DNA of 63,508 bases, the filler included, from Octopus bimaculoides (Eukaryota), in assembly GCF_001194135.2 (NCBI RefSeq). It is 5 parts of 4 records of this genome, joined end to end, with 100 filler letters (N's around TTAATTAATTAA, not from the genome) between each part and the next. Parts side by side here need not be neighbours in the genome. Positions count along the whole stretch, not along the records: positions 1 to 21,573 come from NC_069003.1; positions 21,674 to 49,580 come from NC_069003.1; 3 more parts are not named here. One strand, given 5' to 3'. The notes beneath the pieces were generated by a model that was given only the letters and a program-made list of their open reading frames with translations, ran no database searches and was not told where the DNA came from. Numbering within the stretch: the stretch's first letter is position 1; each line of letters starts with the position of its first letter. Below, one piece after another: positions 12,893 to 24,506 of the stretch. A program made the position numbers and the translations under genes.

Positions 12893-15258
12893 CACAGTAA
12901 TTTTGGGAGAACGCTGGCTTCGTGATTTCGATTCTCATCGTGCCCTTTTCAGCCATTTCACATTTTATTTACGCTGACACAATCTCTGCACAAGAACGTC
13001 TAAATAAAGAAACTTTTATCATTGAAAAATACAGAATACGTCTCAATATGCACGCATAACCAACTGTTATCTCTTTACATATTTCAGTTCACGATTACAT
13101 CACTGTACAAAACTGTACTAAACTATTCTCTCTTCCTCTCTCATTCTTTTAGGTTTCGATATAGCTGACAAGATGATGCTTAGAGAATTTCTCTAAGAAT
13201 TCCTTTAGTCCTGGTTGACCATGTTTTTCTCATCTGGAATGTTCCTCTCCCAGAGGTAGGCCTAAGCAAGGTCATATTTACATAAATCTAAAAATAGTTA
13301 ATGTAATACATTTTCCCCCTTAACGCCACTGATTTGGTCGAAAAGAAAGGTAAGGTCCGACATATGGCGTCATCGTGTCTAAGAACAGAACTCATATCAT
13401 ATTGCTGTATATCTTCTAATCAAATTCCTTCAGATTACCTACATGACGCAGTGTAGGATATCTACCAGAATTGCTTAATATTCTCCACATGTATTCATAC
13501 ACATTGCATATATACATTATCCTACATTTGTATTTCACTGGCCTGTTATTGTCCATATTGAGTCACACTTCAAATCTCTCCATTAACTCTCTGTATGTAG
13601 TTTAACCTGCGAGTTAGAGATGCTGCAACATAACAAACTGCCTTAGGAATGTCACCATTTTTGACTTCACATTCTTACCAACACAAACCTCATACTCATC
13701 CCAAACCTTCTAGCTCTCTGAGTTCCTGATAACATTTCCTTTGCCAAATTCGTTTTACATGAAACACAATATAAAATTCTATTCAACTTTGTTTGTTTTA
13801 CTTGCAACACAATAATGAATGTGTCTTTAAAGAGTGGAAAGATGAAACGAAATAGAAGGATGTGTTATGATATATGCAAGCGAAATGGTGTCATTTAAAT
13901 TCTCTTCCATCACTGAAGTTATCCATTTTTTTAGTACTAGTGTACCTTCTCTACGATGTGTTGAGGCTTTGAAGATATTTAACCGGATTTTTTAATGTCT
14001 TACTTTCAAAGACTTCAGGACGAATCTGATAAAGAAAACTATAAAGAGAAAATACATGATAAATATATAATTAAATCATACGCTTAGAAAAAAATATCAT
14101 ATATACACAGATACATTTACGTACTTAGAACACGCATATGGATATCACTAAACGTATAAATACAGGCTTACATGCATACAGGCATGCGTATACATACAAA
14201 TACTCGCTTACAGACACAAATTGCGTGACACAACTATATGTACGTACATATGCACGTATACGTGTGATTATATTTATATATGTAAGAGTGTATGTATAGT
14301 ATGAGTGTGTGTGTGTGTGTGCGTGTGTGTGTATACACATTACATCCCCTTATTCTTTTCTCCAAACTATTTCTATTATATTCGTCTTCTTATCTATGAA
14401 ACTTATAGTCATTAAATCCAAATTCCTGAGCATTTCTCACCAACGCAAATTATTCACTGCTTCGTTTCCGGTAATACTTAAAATTCACTTTCTGTTTTGG
14501 ATCTCATTAATTTATAAAATGATAACTTGTATCGTTCGTCCTTCTATCTCTCTCTCTACACCAACCCCACCTCGGAAAGTTTAATATTGTTTCTCCTTCT
14601 CGTTATTGGTTTTCTTACTTTTTTTTCCTGTATCGCCTTTGTTTCTCTCGGGCTTTCTATGCCCTCCACTTCGTTATCTTATTGTTTCGCGTATTCTTTT
14701 GTTGTCAGAAGGTAAGTTGAAAGTTTGAAACATATTTTACAGTTATTTTTAGCGGTAAGACTGAACACGTAGCGTTTCTTTCTTGGTTCTCACGAGGGAC
14801 AAAAAAAAAAAAATACACGTGTTATTGTTGGCTGTTATAAGCCCCATGTGAACCCTGATCGAGAATGTCTACCCGAGTTGTCTCAGATTACCTAAATGAA
14901 TATTTAGACGAATTGCCTGCTTATATTCTCCATACAACCGCCTCACATTTCACATACGTATTGAACTGAAGTTTTTACTCGAAGCTCTTAATATTGTTCA
15001 TTCATTAGATCAGCCATGAACGAGCAGGGCTATAGTTCAAAGATATGCTAGTCGACTATTCCATCTGCTTTGTATGGCTTTCGTACCTGTTGCAAGATAT
15101 TCTAGATGGCGTTCTTCTTTTTTTTTTATTTTGGACAATTTAAAAAAGGTTTTGTGGTCACTTCTATTAGGTCCATCAATCAAGCATATATTCTTAAGTC
15201 TTTCTTGAGACCAAGAATAGTTGTGATTGTTGCTGCTCCTGAACAACAGGCCCTTACC

Positions 15259-15308
<50 letters not shown>

Positions 15309-15790
15309 AGAATAAAGCTTGACGAAGCAATGTTTTGGCTACTAGATCTAGCACATCAAGCGACAATATAGGCGCACTCCGTTCATTTGTGACGAAAAAC
15401 TAGCATGAACTTAAGGTTCGTTTTATTATGTCTCTTATTTTTATATGTTCTCAAATAAAGTCGACTTCGCATTCGGGTTAATCTCCAAGTGATCGACCGA
15501 TTAATAAAATCTGTACCAGTTGGTGGTACTTTGATCGATGCTATTGACCCAACGAAATTTACAGCAAAAATAAAAGACAAAACCAAACAAACATTCTGGC
15601 TTTATACCAACGAGAGAAATTGTTATAAAGATTACATATATATTTGCTGGCGAGCTGTTGGCACAGAATGCAATTTTCTATAAATACCTCAATAAAAAAA
15701 ATACACACCAACGCAAATATATGCAGAAGCCTACAAAATCAAGCATTTTCTCATTTCTATGTATGTATGTATGTATGTATGTATTAATGA

Positions 15791-16000
15791 GGAGGCAGTA
15801 AGCTGGCGGAATCATTAGACAGTCGGACAAAATGAGTAGTGGTATTTCGTCTGTTGTTACGTTCTGGGTTCAAATTTTACCGAATTCTTTGATTTTTATC
15901 CTTTCGCGGTAGATAAAACAAGTACCAGGTGAACAACGACCTCAATGAAATCGACTTACTCCTACTCCAACATTGCTGGCCTTGTACCATAATTTGAAAC
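15791..16000 (+). mobile_element. SINE family B, diverged
   Basis: agctggcggaatcattag...ggtatttcgtctg...gttcaaat...tatcctttcgcggtagataaaacaagtacc...atcgactta. Confidence 0.75.
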
Positions 16001-16030
16001 CTATACACACACACACATATGTATTAATAT

Positions 16031-16248
16031 GGCGGTGTGCTGGCAGAATCGTTAGCACGCTGGGCAAGATGCTTGGCGGCATTTTGTCCGTCGTCTTTAC
16101 TTTCTGAGTTCATATTCCGCCGATGTCGACGTTGATTTTTTTCATTCTTTCGTGGTCAATAAAGTAAGTACCAGTTAAACACTGGGGATCGATGAAACGT
16201 CTTAATCCCTTCCCCGAATTTGCTGGCCTTGTGCATTCAATTGAAACC
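16031..16248 (+). mobile_element. SINE family B
   Basis: ggcggtgtgctggcagaatcgttagcacgctgggc...gagttcatattccgccgatgtcgac...aagtaccagttaaacactggggatcgat. Confidence 0.8.
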
Positions 16249-16861
16249 AATAGACATGTATTGATGTGTGTGTTTCCCATATTAAGTAAGGCTGACGTCA
16301 GCAAAATAATGCCTGGAGTAGAAACATCAAAGCAACAGCAAAAAACGAAGTTTGGACGGCAGAAAGAATTGTGCTTCCGCATAAAGACCTGCTTCTTGAT
16401 AAAACGTCCAGCGAAGGTTTATTAATAGACATCCACTGTTCCGTTGCTTTCTATTGATTTATTGTGTTCTAGGACGGGGTGTTGCAGGGGTTCTCCTCTT
16501 GGCACGATTCTCATGTGTTAGTGTAATGTTTGTGGAGTCTGTGGGTGGGATTATTTAACTTGATTGCATTTCTTTTGTTTTGTATTTGTTGTTTTATTCG
16601 ATTTCGTTCCATTTCGTTTTGTTATTATTGTTTCTTCCGTTTTCGATGAAGAATTGATTGGAGGTAAAAATAGATTACACTTTGCACACAAGATTATAAT
16701 TATATGTGTGTGTGTGTTCCTATCTGTGAGTGTGTGCCTGTGAGTGTATGTACACACACACACACACGCACGCACACACACACATGCACACACACATATG
16801 TACATACATACATACTTATATATATATAGTATAAATATACATATTTACATACATATGTGTG

Positions 16862-16921
<60 letters not shown>

Positions 16922-17149
16922 ATATGCAGATAGGTATGTTTGTCACTATCACTAACACGCCCTGGAGTATACATTATTTGAAGTATGTGATCCAGTGAAT
17001 TTCATTTTAGGCACTGTATGTTTGGAACTGTCCAGGTCCATCTCCTTCCAGATTGCTGCCTGAATGGACTGTTCACAACGTAAAGCCTTCTTGCTGCTGC
17101 CATGGTAAGACAAACCTTACTACATCGGCCTTTAAAAAAAAACATCAGT

Positions 17150-17400
17150 GAAGATCGATCCTTCATCGTCGCAAATGTTGGAAAAAATGTCACCTATTCG
17201 GATCAGTGAAGTTGAGAATGACCCCAAGAAGAAGAAAGCAGAAACAGTTCCAGGAAAGGATTGCATAGCAACAGAGGTGCCAAGATACAGAGCTGAAGAG
17301 CTATGGGAAATCATCGTTCTATGCATCAACCGCTATTTGAAAGAGACTAAAATATCTTCGTTATGGAAAGAGTAGAATACCATCTTGCTCATGACAAAAA
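17150..17400 (+). mobile_element. Decayed LINE ORF2 fragment (region just N-terminal to the RT core; RTE/CR1-like)
   Basis: SPIRISEVENDPKKKKAETVPGKDCIATEV...EELWEIIVLCINRYLKETKISSLWKE*NTILL resembles the conserved EV..ALKxMK.GKAPG.DGI..E...W...FN..L....IP..WK.S...LL block. Confidence 0.75.
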
Positions 17401-17688
17401 TGATAAAGATTTAAGAAGCTATGCCCTACATAACTCTTGTCTCACATTAAGATGTGTGTGTGTGTGTGTATACATGTACATGCACACACACACATATTAT
17501 ATGTACGTGAGTGATTATCTAAATTAATATCTATCTATAACTAGTAATACTCACATTCATAGACAAATATCTACACATACTCATATGAGCGTGTGTGCGC
17601 ATGCTTATATATATTATTTTCTATGTATATCTGCAAAAATATCAAGGTATCTGTAGGTATTATATGCACGTATGAACGTACGTATAAA

Positions 17689-17689
<1 letters not shown>

Positions 17690-17766
<77 letters not shown>
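17690..17766. repeat. (TA)n microsatellite
   Basis: Pure TA run; representative of dozens of similar tracts, many next to assembly gaps. Confidence 0.95.
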
Positions 17767-17776
<10 letters not shown>

Positions 17777-18605
17777 GTATATATATGTATATATATATGT
17801 ATATATATGTGTATGTGTGTGTGTGTTCTTGTGTATGCAGTCACGTCTCAGATTAAAAACACGAGTATACCGATGATTAAATGTCTAATTATTTCCGTTC
17901 ATTAAATCACTTTACTTTCAAACTATATCTGAACAGAAATTGAATTTTTGCTCTTTCAATGTTGCTAGTTATAAAACGAAAGTTTCAATTAGCCTAATGA
18001 AATTTTCACTGTTAATAAGGACACAGAAAATTGAAGTCACTTAGTTTAAGAATGTTTAACTTATAATTATTTTCTTCGACGAAATATACTGAGATTTGTC
18101 GATGGAACGGAATATAGACATATGGTTGTAATATATTCGTTTAGGGAGCCGACATTTCTCAAAGTATAATAAAATCCATAAGGCATTGTTGAGCTATCTT
18201 TTTGTAATAATCCGTCATGTGCTTCTTGAAGGGTGAGAATAAAAACAATGATGTGTTTATTCATTCTTTATATCTTCCAGGAAGATTCGAACCTGGATAT
18301 GCTTTCTTTTCTCTTTATGTTCACGAATTCTTCTGAAAGAAAAGTTCTTCTCCAAAGTCGGATCACAGTAGCGATTAGCATATTCACGTTCGAATCTGCA
18401 AGAAGATATTAAGAATCAGAATAAAAGTTATCTTATGGAATACAAGATCTGTGCTATAGAATCGTAGAATTCACTCAAATATCGACGTTGAAAATATTCC
18501 TATCCTCCAAAGACAAATAATAAATCTATAATTACATCGTATTTCACTGGTTTTTGTCCTGTTACTTTTGAAATAGCCACCAGTGTCTGTTGGACTTATC
18601 TAGAT

Positions 18606-18792
18606 CAATGCTCCACAACCTTTTTTCACTTACGGAGCACTTAAATTCTTTTCAAAATTCGGTGGCACACATGAACTTGAAATAAAATCAAAAGTATAGG
18701 AAAAAATAATCATATTCAGGTTACACTGCAGCACGCCTAGCAACGTCGCGTGGCACACCAGTGTGCCGCGGCATACCGGTTGCGGAACACTG
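18606..18792. mobile_element. Non-autonomous hAT (Charlie-like) MITE
   Basis: TIRs caatgctccacaacc / ggttgcggaacactg; 8-bp flanks atctagat / atctgtat resemble the NTCTAGAN target of Charlie-type hATs. Confidence 0.75.
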
Positions 18793-19680
18793 ATCTGTAT
18801 TAACAGGATGCTGAGCACGATAACCAAGTAGCCTGCCTCAAAGATTACAGGTCGACGAGTTCATTTCAGTTTGTCAGCTGAGACAGCACAGGATCGATTC
18901 TCCGATGGTAACCTTTTCTCACTTAATCATCACAAGTGCTTCTAATTAAAATAATTATCACGAGCTTGTCTTACAATATTATTTCGAAAGTTAAAGTATC
19001 TGTTGCGGTTCAAATGTTACAAAAAACGTGACATTTAGTTTTTGGATTTTATTTATTCTGCCAAAAATTGCTTTAAAGGAATTTTAATTATCGCTTTTAA
19101 ATTCACATCATTTAAAGAAGAAAACTATCTTTTCTTACCTGTGTATAATTGCAATAGTATATGCTTAAATGAAACAAGATTAACATTTAATCATCATTAT
19201 ATATTTGCTTTTAAACTAAGTAATGCTATTATTTAGACATACATCTAATACACATGCTTGTATATTTAAACATGTATGTATCTTTTAAAAACACACATAC
19301 ATACATGTAGAGATAGATTTGTGTACTTTTATTTTGAGATTTAACCCCAGAATTGTTTTAGTGTTGAGTAGTTATTTGGAAGTGCCAATTTTCTTGTGCG
19401 TTGAAACGATCCTAATGGTAAGTATTAAATCAAAGAACGTATAACTACACATCTGTATCATGCAATAAATAACAATTGGAAATACGTCGGCTTTGAATGC
19501 AACGAAAGTAATATAACATACACGCATAAACACAGATAGATAGGGAGATATATATATGTATATATCTACCTATCTATCTATCTATCTATACATATATGTA
19601 CAAGTATCCTATTAACGTTTCATCTGTAAAACTTTGCAGCACACACACACACACACACACGCGCACACATATATGTATGT

Positions 19681-19730
<50 letters not shown>

Positions 19731-19957
19731 CATATGTCAGATGCAATAATTTGAAAATTATTTCCTTGTTATTTCTTCTTCATGTTATTCTTCTTTTAAC
19801 CCGAACTCTCATTATATCAGTACTTCCTAGCGTAAAATATTTCAAAAATTACATACCCCGAAAGCACAATGCGTATATAACTACGCCGCATATATATACA
19901 TTCATACTTATGTAGGTGTGTGGGGTGGGGTGGGGGTGGGGTGGGGGGTCTGTGAAT

Positions 19958-20016
19958 TCTTTTATTCTTTCATTCTTTAATTTGTTTCAGTCATTTGACT
20001 GCGTCCATGCTGGAGC
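19958..20016 (-). mobile_element. SINE family A 3' tail fragment
   Basis: ttgtttcagtcatttgactgcgtccatgctggagc matches the tails at 49350 and 62180. Confidence 0.7.
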
Positions 20017-21673
20017 TTGCATAAATACTTGGATGTGCGCATGTAAAGATACATAGATACTTATATGTGTGTATCAATATATCTATCTATATGTTCATAC
20101 ACACACATACATACATGCTGATATACACCTTTACGAATATGTTTAGCAAGATTCCTGGATTCCTGATGTGGAATCGTGAGTTGAAACAAATAATGTTATA
20201 TTTCGGGATGGTCATTTTTTTCTTGCCAAATAAACACACGCACTACATATTCGTTCTTTCCTCGTTTATTATTTTTCTTATTTTTTTCATATTTTATCTT
20301 ATGTACGTTGACAGGGCATCTTTCATCACACATCTTTGACCTTTCAGGGATCCTTTCCATCGTGTGAATTAAATGCATATTAAATGCTTAAAACTACAAA
20401 ATATGCTTTGATTTCTAGTTTTGTTTTGGTCATTTTTCGATTATTCAATGCTTAAAACACATGACGTATGAGGTGGTTCTGAGATGTGCTAAAAATAACA
20501 GCTAAATAGGCCTTAAATCATGCACTAATTATTTTTGCTTTTTGCATAATCGTATGAATTCCCCGATGTAGAAAAAAATTCCCAAAAATTTTCTGAAAAT
20601 TACAAAAACTATAAAAGTTATGAGGGCTTCTATGGCGTGCGTAAAACAGAATTCCACAAATGGTTCATTTGCTTACAGTTTCATATTAAGACCCGATCTA
20701 TTCTCGGAATGTTAACAACACGTGCAGTCACACACACACACAAATAAGAAACAGCTTCCAAATCCTGCTTTCCCTCTTGGTAAAGATTATCAAAATTTAA
20801 ACCTTTGTAACTTTTTAAAAAAGGTTTTCTGATAAACGTGAATTAGCCCTTGAGAAATAGTATGCAAAATTACATCAATACACCAAATTTTAAGATTTTC
20901 ACTCAATTTCAAAATTTACACGGGTGTAGCCAAAGAGAAGAGTTCCGAGAAACTGTAGCTAGAAGAAACTTGTGGCATCAACTTACTACTGAAAGAGCTA
21001 GGATGTAGTAGGACATGATAAGGGTACCCTACAGATATTTTGACTTTAACTTCTAAGGATAATCCACATCAATCGCATCCTTAAATCACTATAATTTACG
21101 TAAGTCCGGCTTTACCAGACACACGATATAGGTGCGTATGCATGTATGCGTCTGCGTTAAATAAAGATCGACAGCGAAATGCACACACATGAATACATAC
21201 GTGCAATTTCATAGTTATGGATGCTAAGCCGTTTTCACATCAACACACACACGCATATATGTAATATATATATATGTGCATGTATGTATATGCGTATACG
21301 TTTCCATTACTGCCTCAAACCATAAGATAGTTGATACAGTGCTAGCGCTGTGTAGCGCCGTATTTAACCCTTCCACTCCCAAAGACTACAGTTTACTGTT
21401 ACGCATTAAAGCTTCTTGCCAAAAATAAATGCTGCTGAAGACGTCATTCATGTATCGAACGCCAAATATTGAATGATCAGCATCGCTATTACACCGTTTT
21501 ATCTGCCACAAAATCATGTTTCCTGAAACCTCTCACTCTCTCTCTCCTTTTCTGTATATATATATATATATATNNNNNNNNNNNNNNNNNNNNNNNNNNN
21601 NNNNNNNNNNNNNNNNNTTAATTAATTAANNNNNNNNNNNNNNNNNNNNNNNNNNNNNNNNNNNNNNNNNNNN

Positions 21674-21706
<33 letters not shown>

Positions 21707-22069
21707 TTCCTGTCCCAAAAGTAAATAAAAGTAAAATCGAACACATCGATCTCTGAAGCTAATTTTATTGGCAGCGACTTCCTTGAAGTATCTTGGGAAA
21801 TCCAGTAGCAAGAGAGCTCTAACTGAAACTCCGACCGATCGCTCGAAATGGTGACCACAATAATTACATCATGCACATTTCTGTTGTGAAAAACTATTAA
21901 ACATCAAATAAAGTGCTAGATGAATGAGGAAATTACGGGGTCACAACGCTAACCAGTGATGTGTATAAATACAAGGTTATTATCAGTTCAAGTAAGCTTG
22001 GGGTATACTCGAACCCGAAAGAAAGGCATTCACTGTGTTTTGTCATGGAGGAAATTTCTCGCTGTAGAT

Positions 22070-22579
22070 CAGGGATTCTTAACCATTTGTTACCTATGGA
22101 CGCCTTTGATTACTATTTTATTCAGAGGGACCCCATAGCCATTCAATGTTTAAAAACTAGTTTTATAAAAACTTCTCTCAAAATTCTTATTTTGTTTTTC
22201 ATACTTGTGTAGGTTGCTCTATGTAAAACGTGATTATTTATTTTTTTTATCTGTTGGCCCCTTTGATTACTATTTTATTTTGGTGGACCNNNNNNNNNNC
22301 CCTCATGTTTAAAAACTGACTTCATAGAAACCTCTTTCAAAGTTCCCCTTCCCTTTTTTACAGATATTAACTTGTGTAGGTTGAACTACGCAAGATGTTA
22401 GAGAAAGAAACTTAGCTGTTGCTTGCAATACATTCCAATACATGCATCTAAATGAAATTTTTTTCTGAAGCTCTTAAAATATTATTGTGGGTCTCAAATT
22501 AACTATTTTGTTGCGTTGATCCCCAAAAATCTTATATGGACCTTTAGGGGGCCATATGAACCCTGTTTGAGAAACACTG
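22070..22579. mobile_element. Non-autonomous hAT (Charlie-like) element with an internal diverged duplication
   Basis: Ends cagggattcttaacc / gtttgagaaacactg; 8-bp TSD ctgtagat / ctgtagac (7/8 identical). Confidence 0.75.
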
Positions 22580-22896
22580 CTGTAGACAAACTGCCGCAGA
22601 TATAAGGAAACAATGTAATTATTTTGGTTTCTAGTATTCATACAAATTTGTTAAAATTGGTTTATCTTGTATGTTGGAAATCTATATGATCCTCTACAAC
22701 TGAGGAGAGCAGTTTCTTTCAAACTGATGTAATGTTTTTATTAACCGATTAAATGGAGCCGCTCAAGACAGCAGTAATGTATCGATACCTGGACATCCTT
22801 GTTACTTATTTATATTCTGTTAATCTAACTTGGAGCTGTGTGGACTATACCGAAATGGCTTGGTTCCTCAATTTAAATACCTAATTCAACTGATTC

Positions 22897-22933
<37 letters not shown>

Positions 22934-23264
22934 TTTATAATTATATACATAACAAGGGATCGGCTTTACGCCTCACCACGCAGTGTAGAAATAGACGCCA
23001 AATGTCCTATTACCCCCTTAAAATCCCCGAGAATAAGACACTATGTTGTAGGCAAGCAAAAGAAAAATAATGAATCAGCAACTTTTCGAACAGTTGTTCA
23101 TTGATTATTTTTCTTTTGCTCGCCAACAACATAGTGTGTTATTCTCGGAGATTTTCAGTTGGTAATAGGGCATTTGGCGTCTATTTCTACAGTGCGTGGT
23201 GAGGNNNNNNNNNNATACCGAAATGGCTTGGTTCCTCAATTTAAATACCTAATTCAACTGATTC

Positions 23265-23290
<26 letters not shown>

Positions 23291-23301
<11 letters not shown>

Positions 23302-23640
23302 TTTATAATTATATACATAACAAGGGATCGGCTTTACGCCTCACCACGCAGTGTAGAAATAGACGCCAAATGTCCTATTACCCCCTTAAAATCCCCGAGA
23401 ATAAGACACTATGTTGTAGGCAAGCAAAAGAAAAATAATGAATCAGCAACTTTTCGAACAGTTGTTCATTGATTATTTTTCTTTTGCTCGCCAACAACAT
23501 AGTGTGTTATTCTCGGAGATTTTCAGTTGGTAATAGGGCATTTGGCGTCTATTTCTACAGTGCGTGGTGAGGCGTAAAGCCAATCCCTTGCTATAATTAT
23601 AAAATATCCTTGTATATAATTATAAAATATTTTGTAAAAT
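23291..23640. mobile_element. Foldback MITE with long terminal inverted repeats
   Basis: 23321-23382 and 23529-23590 are inverted repeats matching at 59/62 nt; pairing extends into the AT-rich flanks. A second copy at about 22920-23204 is probably an assembly duplicate. Confidence 0.85.
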
Positions 23641-23665
23641 TTAACTATGAGGTTTTTATTTCCGC

Positions 23666-23701
<36 letters not shown>

Positions 23702-23704
23702 TTC

Positions 23705-23905
23705 CAAAATGTAGCTACACGTGGACTGTTGGCGACTTTTTTCCTCCTCCCTTTTCTTTTGGACTTTCCTATATCTCCTGTTTCCGAAGAAGGGCTTTGC
23801 TCGAAACGTAAAACAACCACTCTTTCTTTTCTTCTCTGAGCATCTCATTAATACTTTGTATGTACCACGTCTTCACGTTGTTGCTTTTCTTGTTTTTCTC
23901 CGTTT
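23705..23905 (+). mobile_element. Small non-coding repeat carrying a hammerhead-like motif (copy 2 of 3; probably Penelope-derived)
   Basis: Aligns along its length with 40495-40715. Confidence 0.65.
23779..23815 (+). ncRNA. Minimal type-I hammerhead-ribozyme-like motif
   Basis: TGTTT-CCGAAGA-A-GGGC-ttt-GCTC-GAAA-C-GTA-AAACA: perfect 5-bp stem I, 4-bp stem II, palindromic ACGT stem III, GUA triplet. Confidence 0.45.
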
Positions 23906-24466
23906 TTAAAAAAAATTAATTATGTGTGTGTATGCATATATGTATATACATATATATATATATNNNNNNNNNNNNNNNNNNNNNNNNNNNNNNNNNNNNN
24001 NNNNNNNNNNNNNNNNNNNNNNNNNNNNNNNNNNNNNNNNNNNNNNNNNNNNNNNNNNNNNNNNNNNNNNNNNNNNNNNNNNNNNNNNNNNNNNNNNNNN
24101 NNNNNNNNNNNNNNNNNNNNNNNNNNNNNNNNNNNNNNNNNNNNNNNNNNNNNNNNNNNNNNNNNNNNNNNNNNNNNNNNNNNNNNNNNNNNNNNNNNNN
24201 NNNNNNNNNNNNNNNNNNNNNNNNNNNNNNNNNNNNNNNNNNNNNNNNNNNNNNNNNNNNNNNNNNNNNNNNNNNNNNNNNNNNNNNNNNNNNNNNNNNN
24301 NNNNNNNNNNNNNNNNNNNNNNNNNNNNNNNNNNNNNNNNNNNNNNNNNNNNNNNNNNNNNNNNNNNNNNNNNNNNNNNNNNNNNNNNNNNNNNNNNNNN
24401 NNNNNNNNNNNNNNNNNNNNNNNNNNNNNNNNNNNNNNNNNNNNNNNNNNNNNNNNNNNNNNNNNN

Positions 24467-24506
<40 letters not shown>

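Noticed and set aside
21618-21629. TTAATTAATTAA flanked by 44 N on each side (also at 49625-49636, 51886-51897 and 62361-62372)
   Set aside because: An identical 100-base cassette with stops in all six frames: an assembly spacer, not biological sequence.
22847-23571. Exact ~357-bp tandem duplication including most of the foldback MITE
   Set aside because: The copies are identical and separated by a 10-N gap, which is typical of unmerged overlapping contig ends; the hairpin probably confused the assembler.
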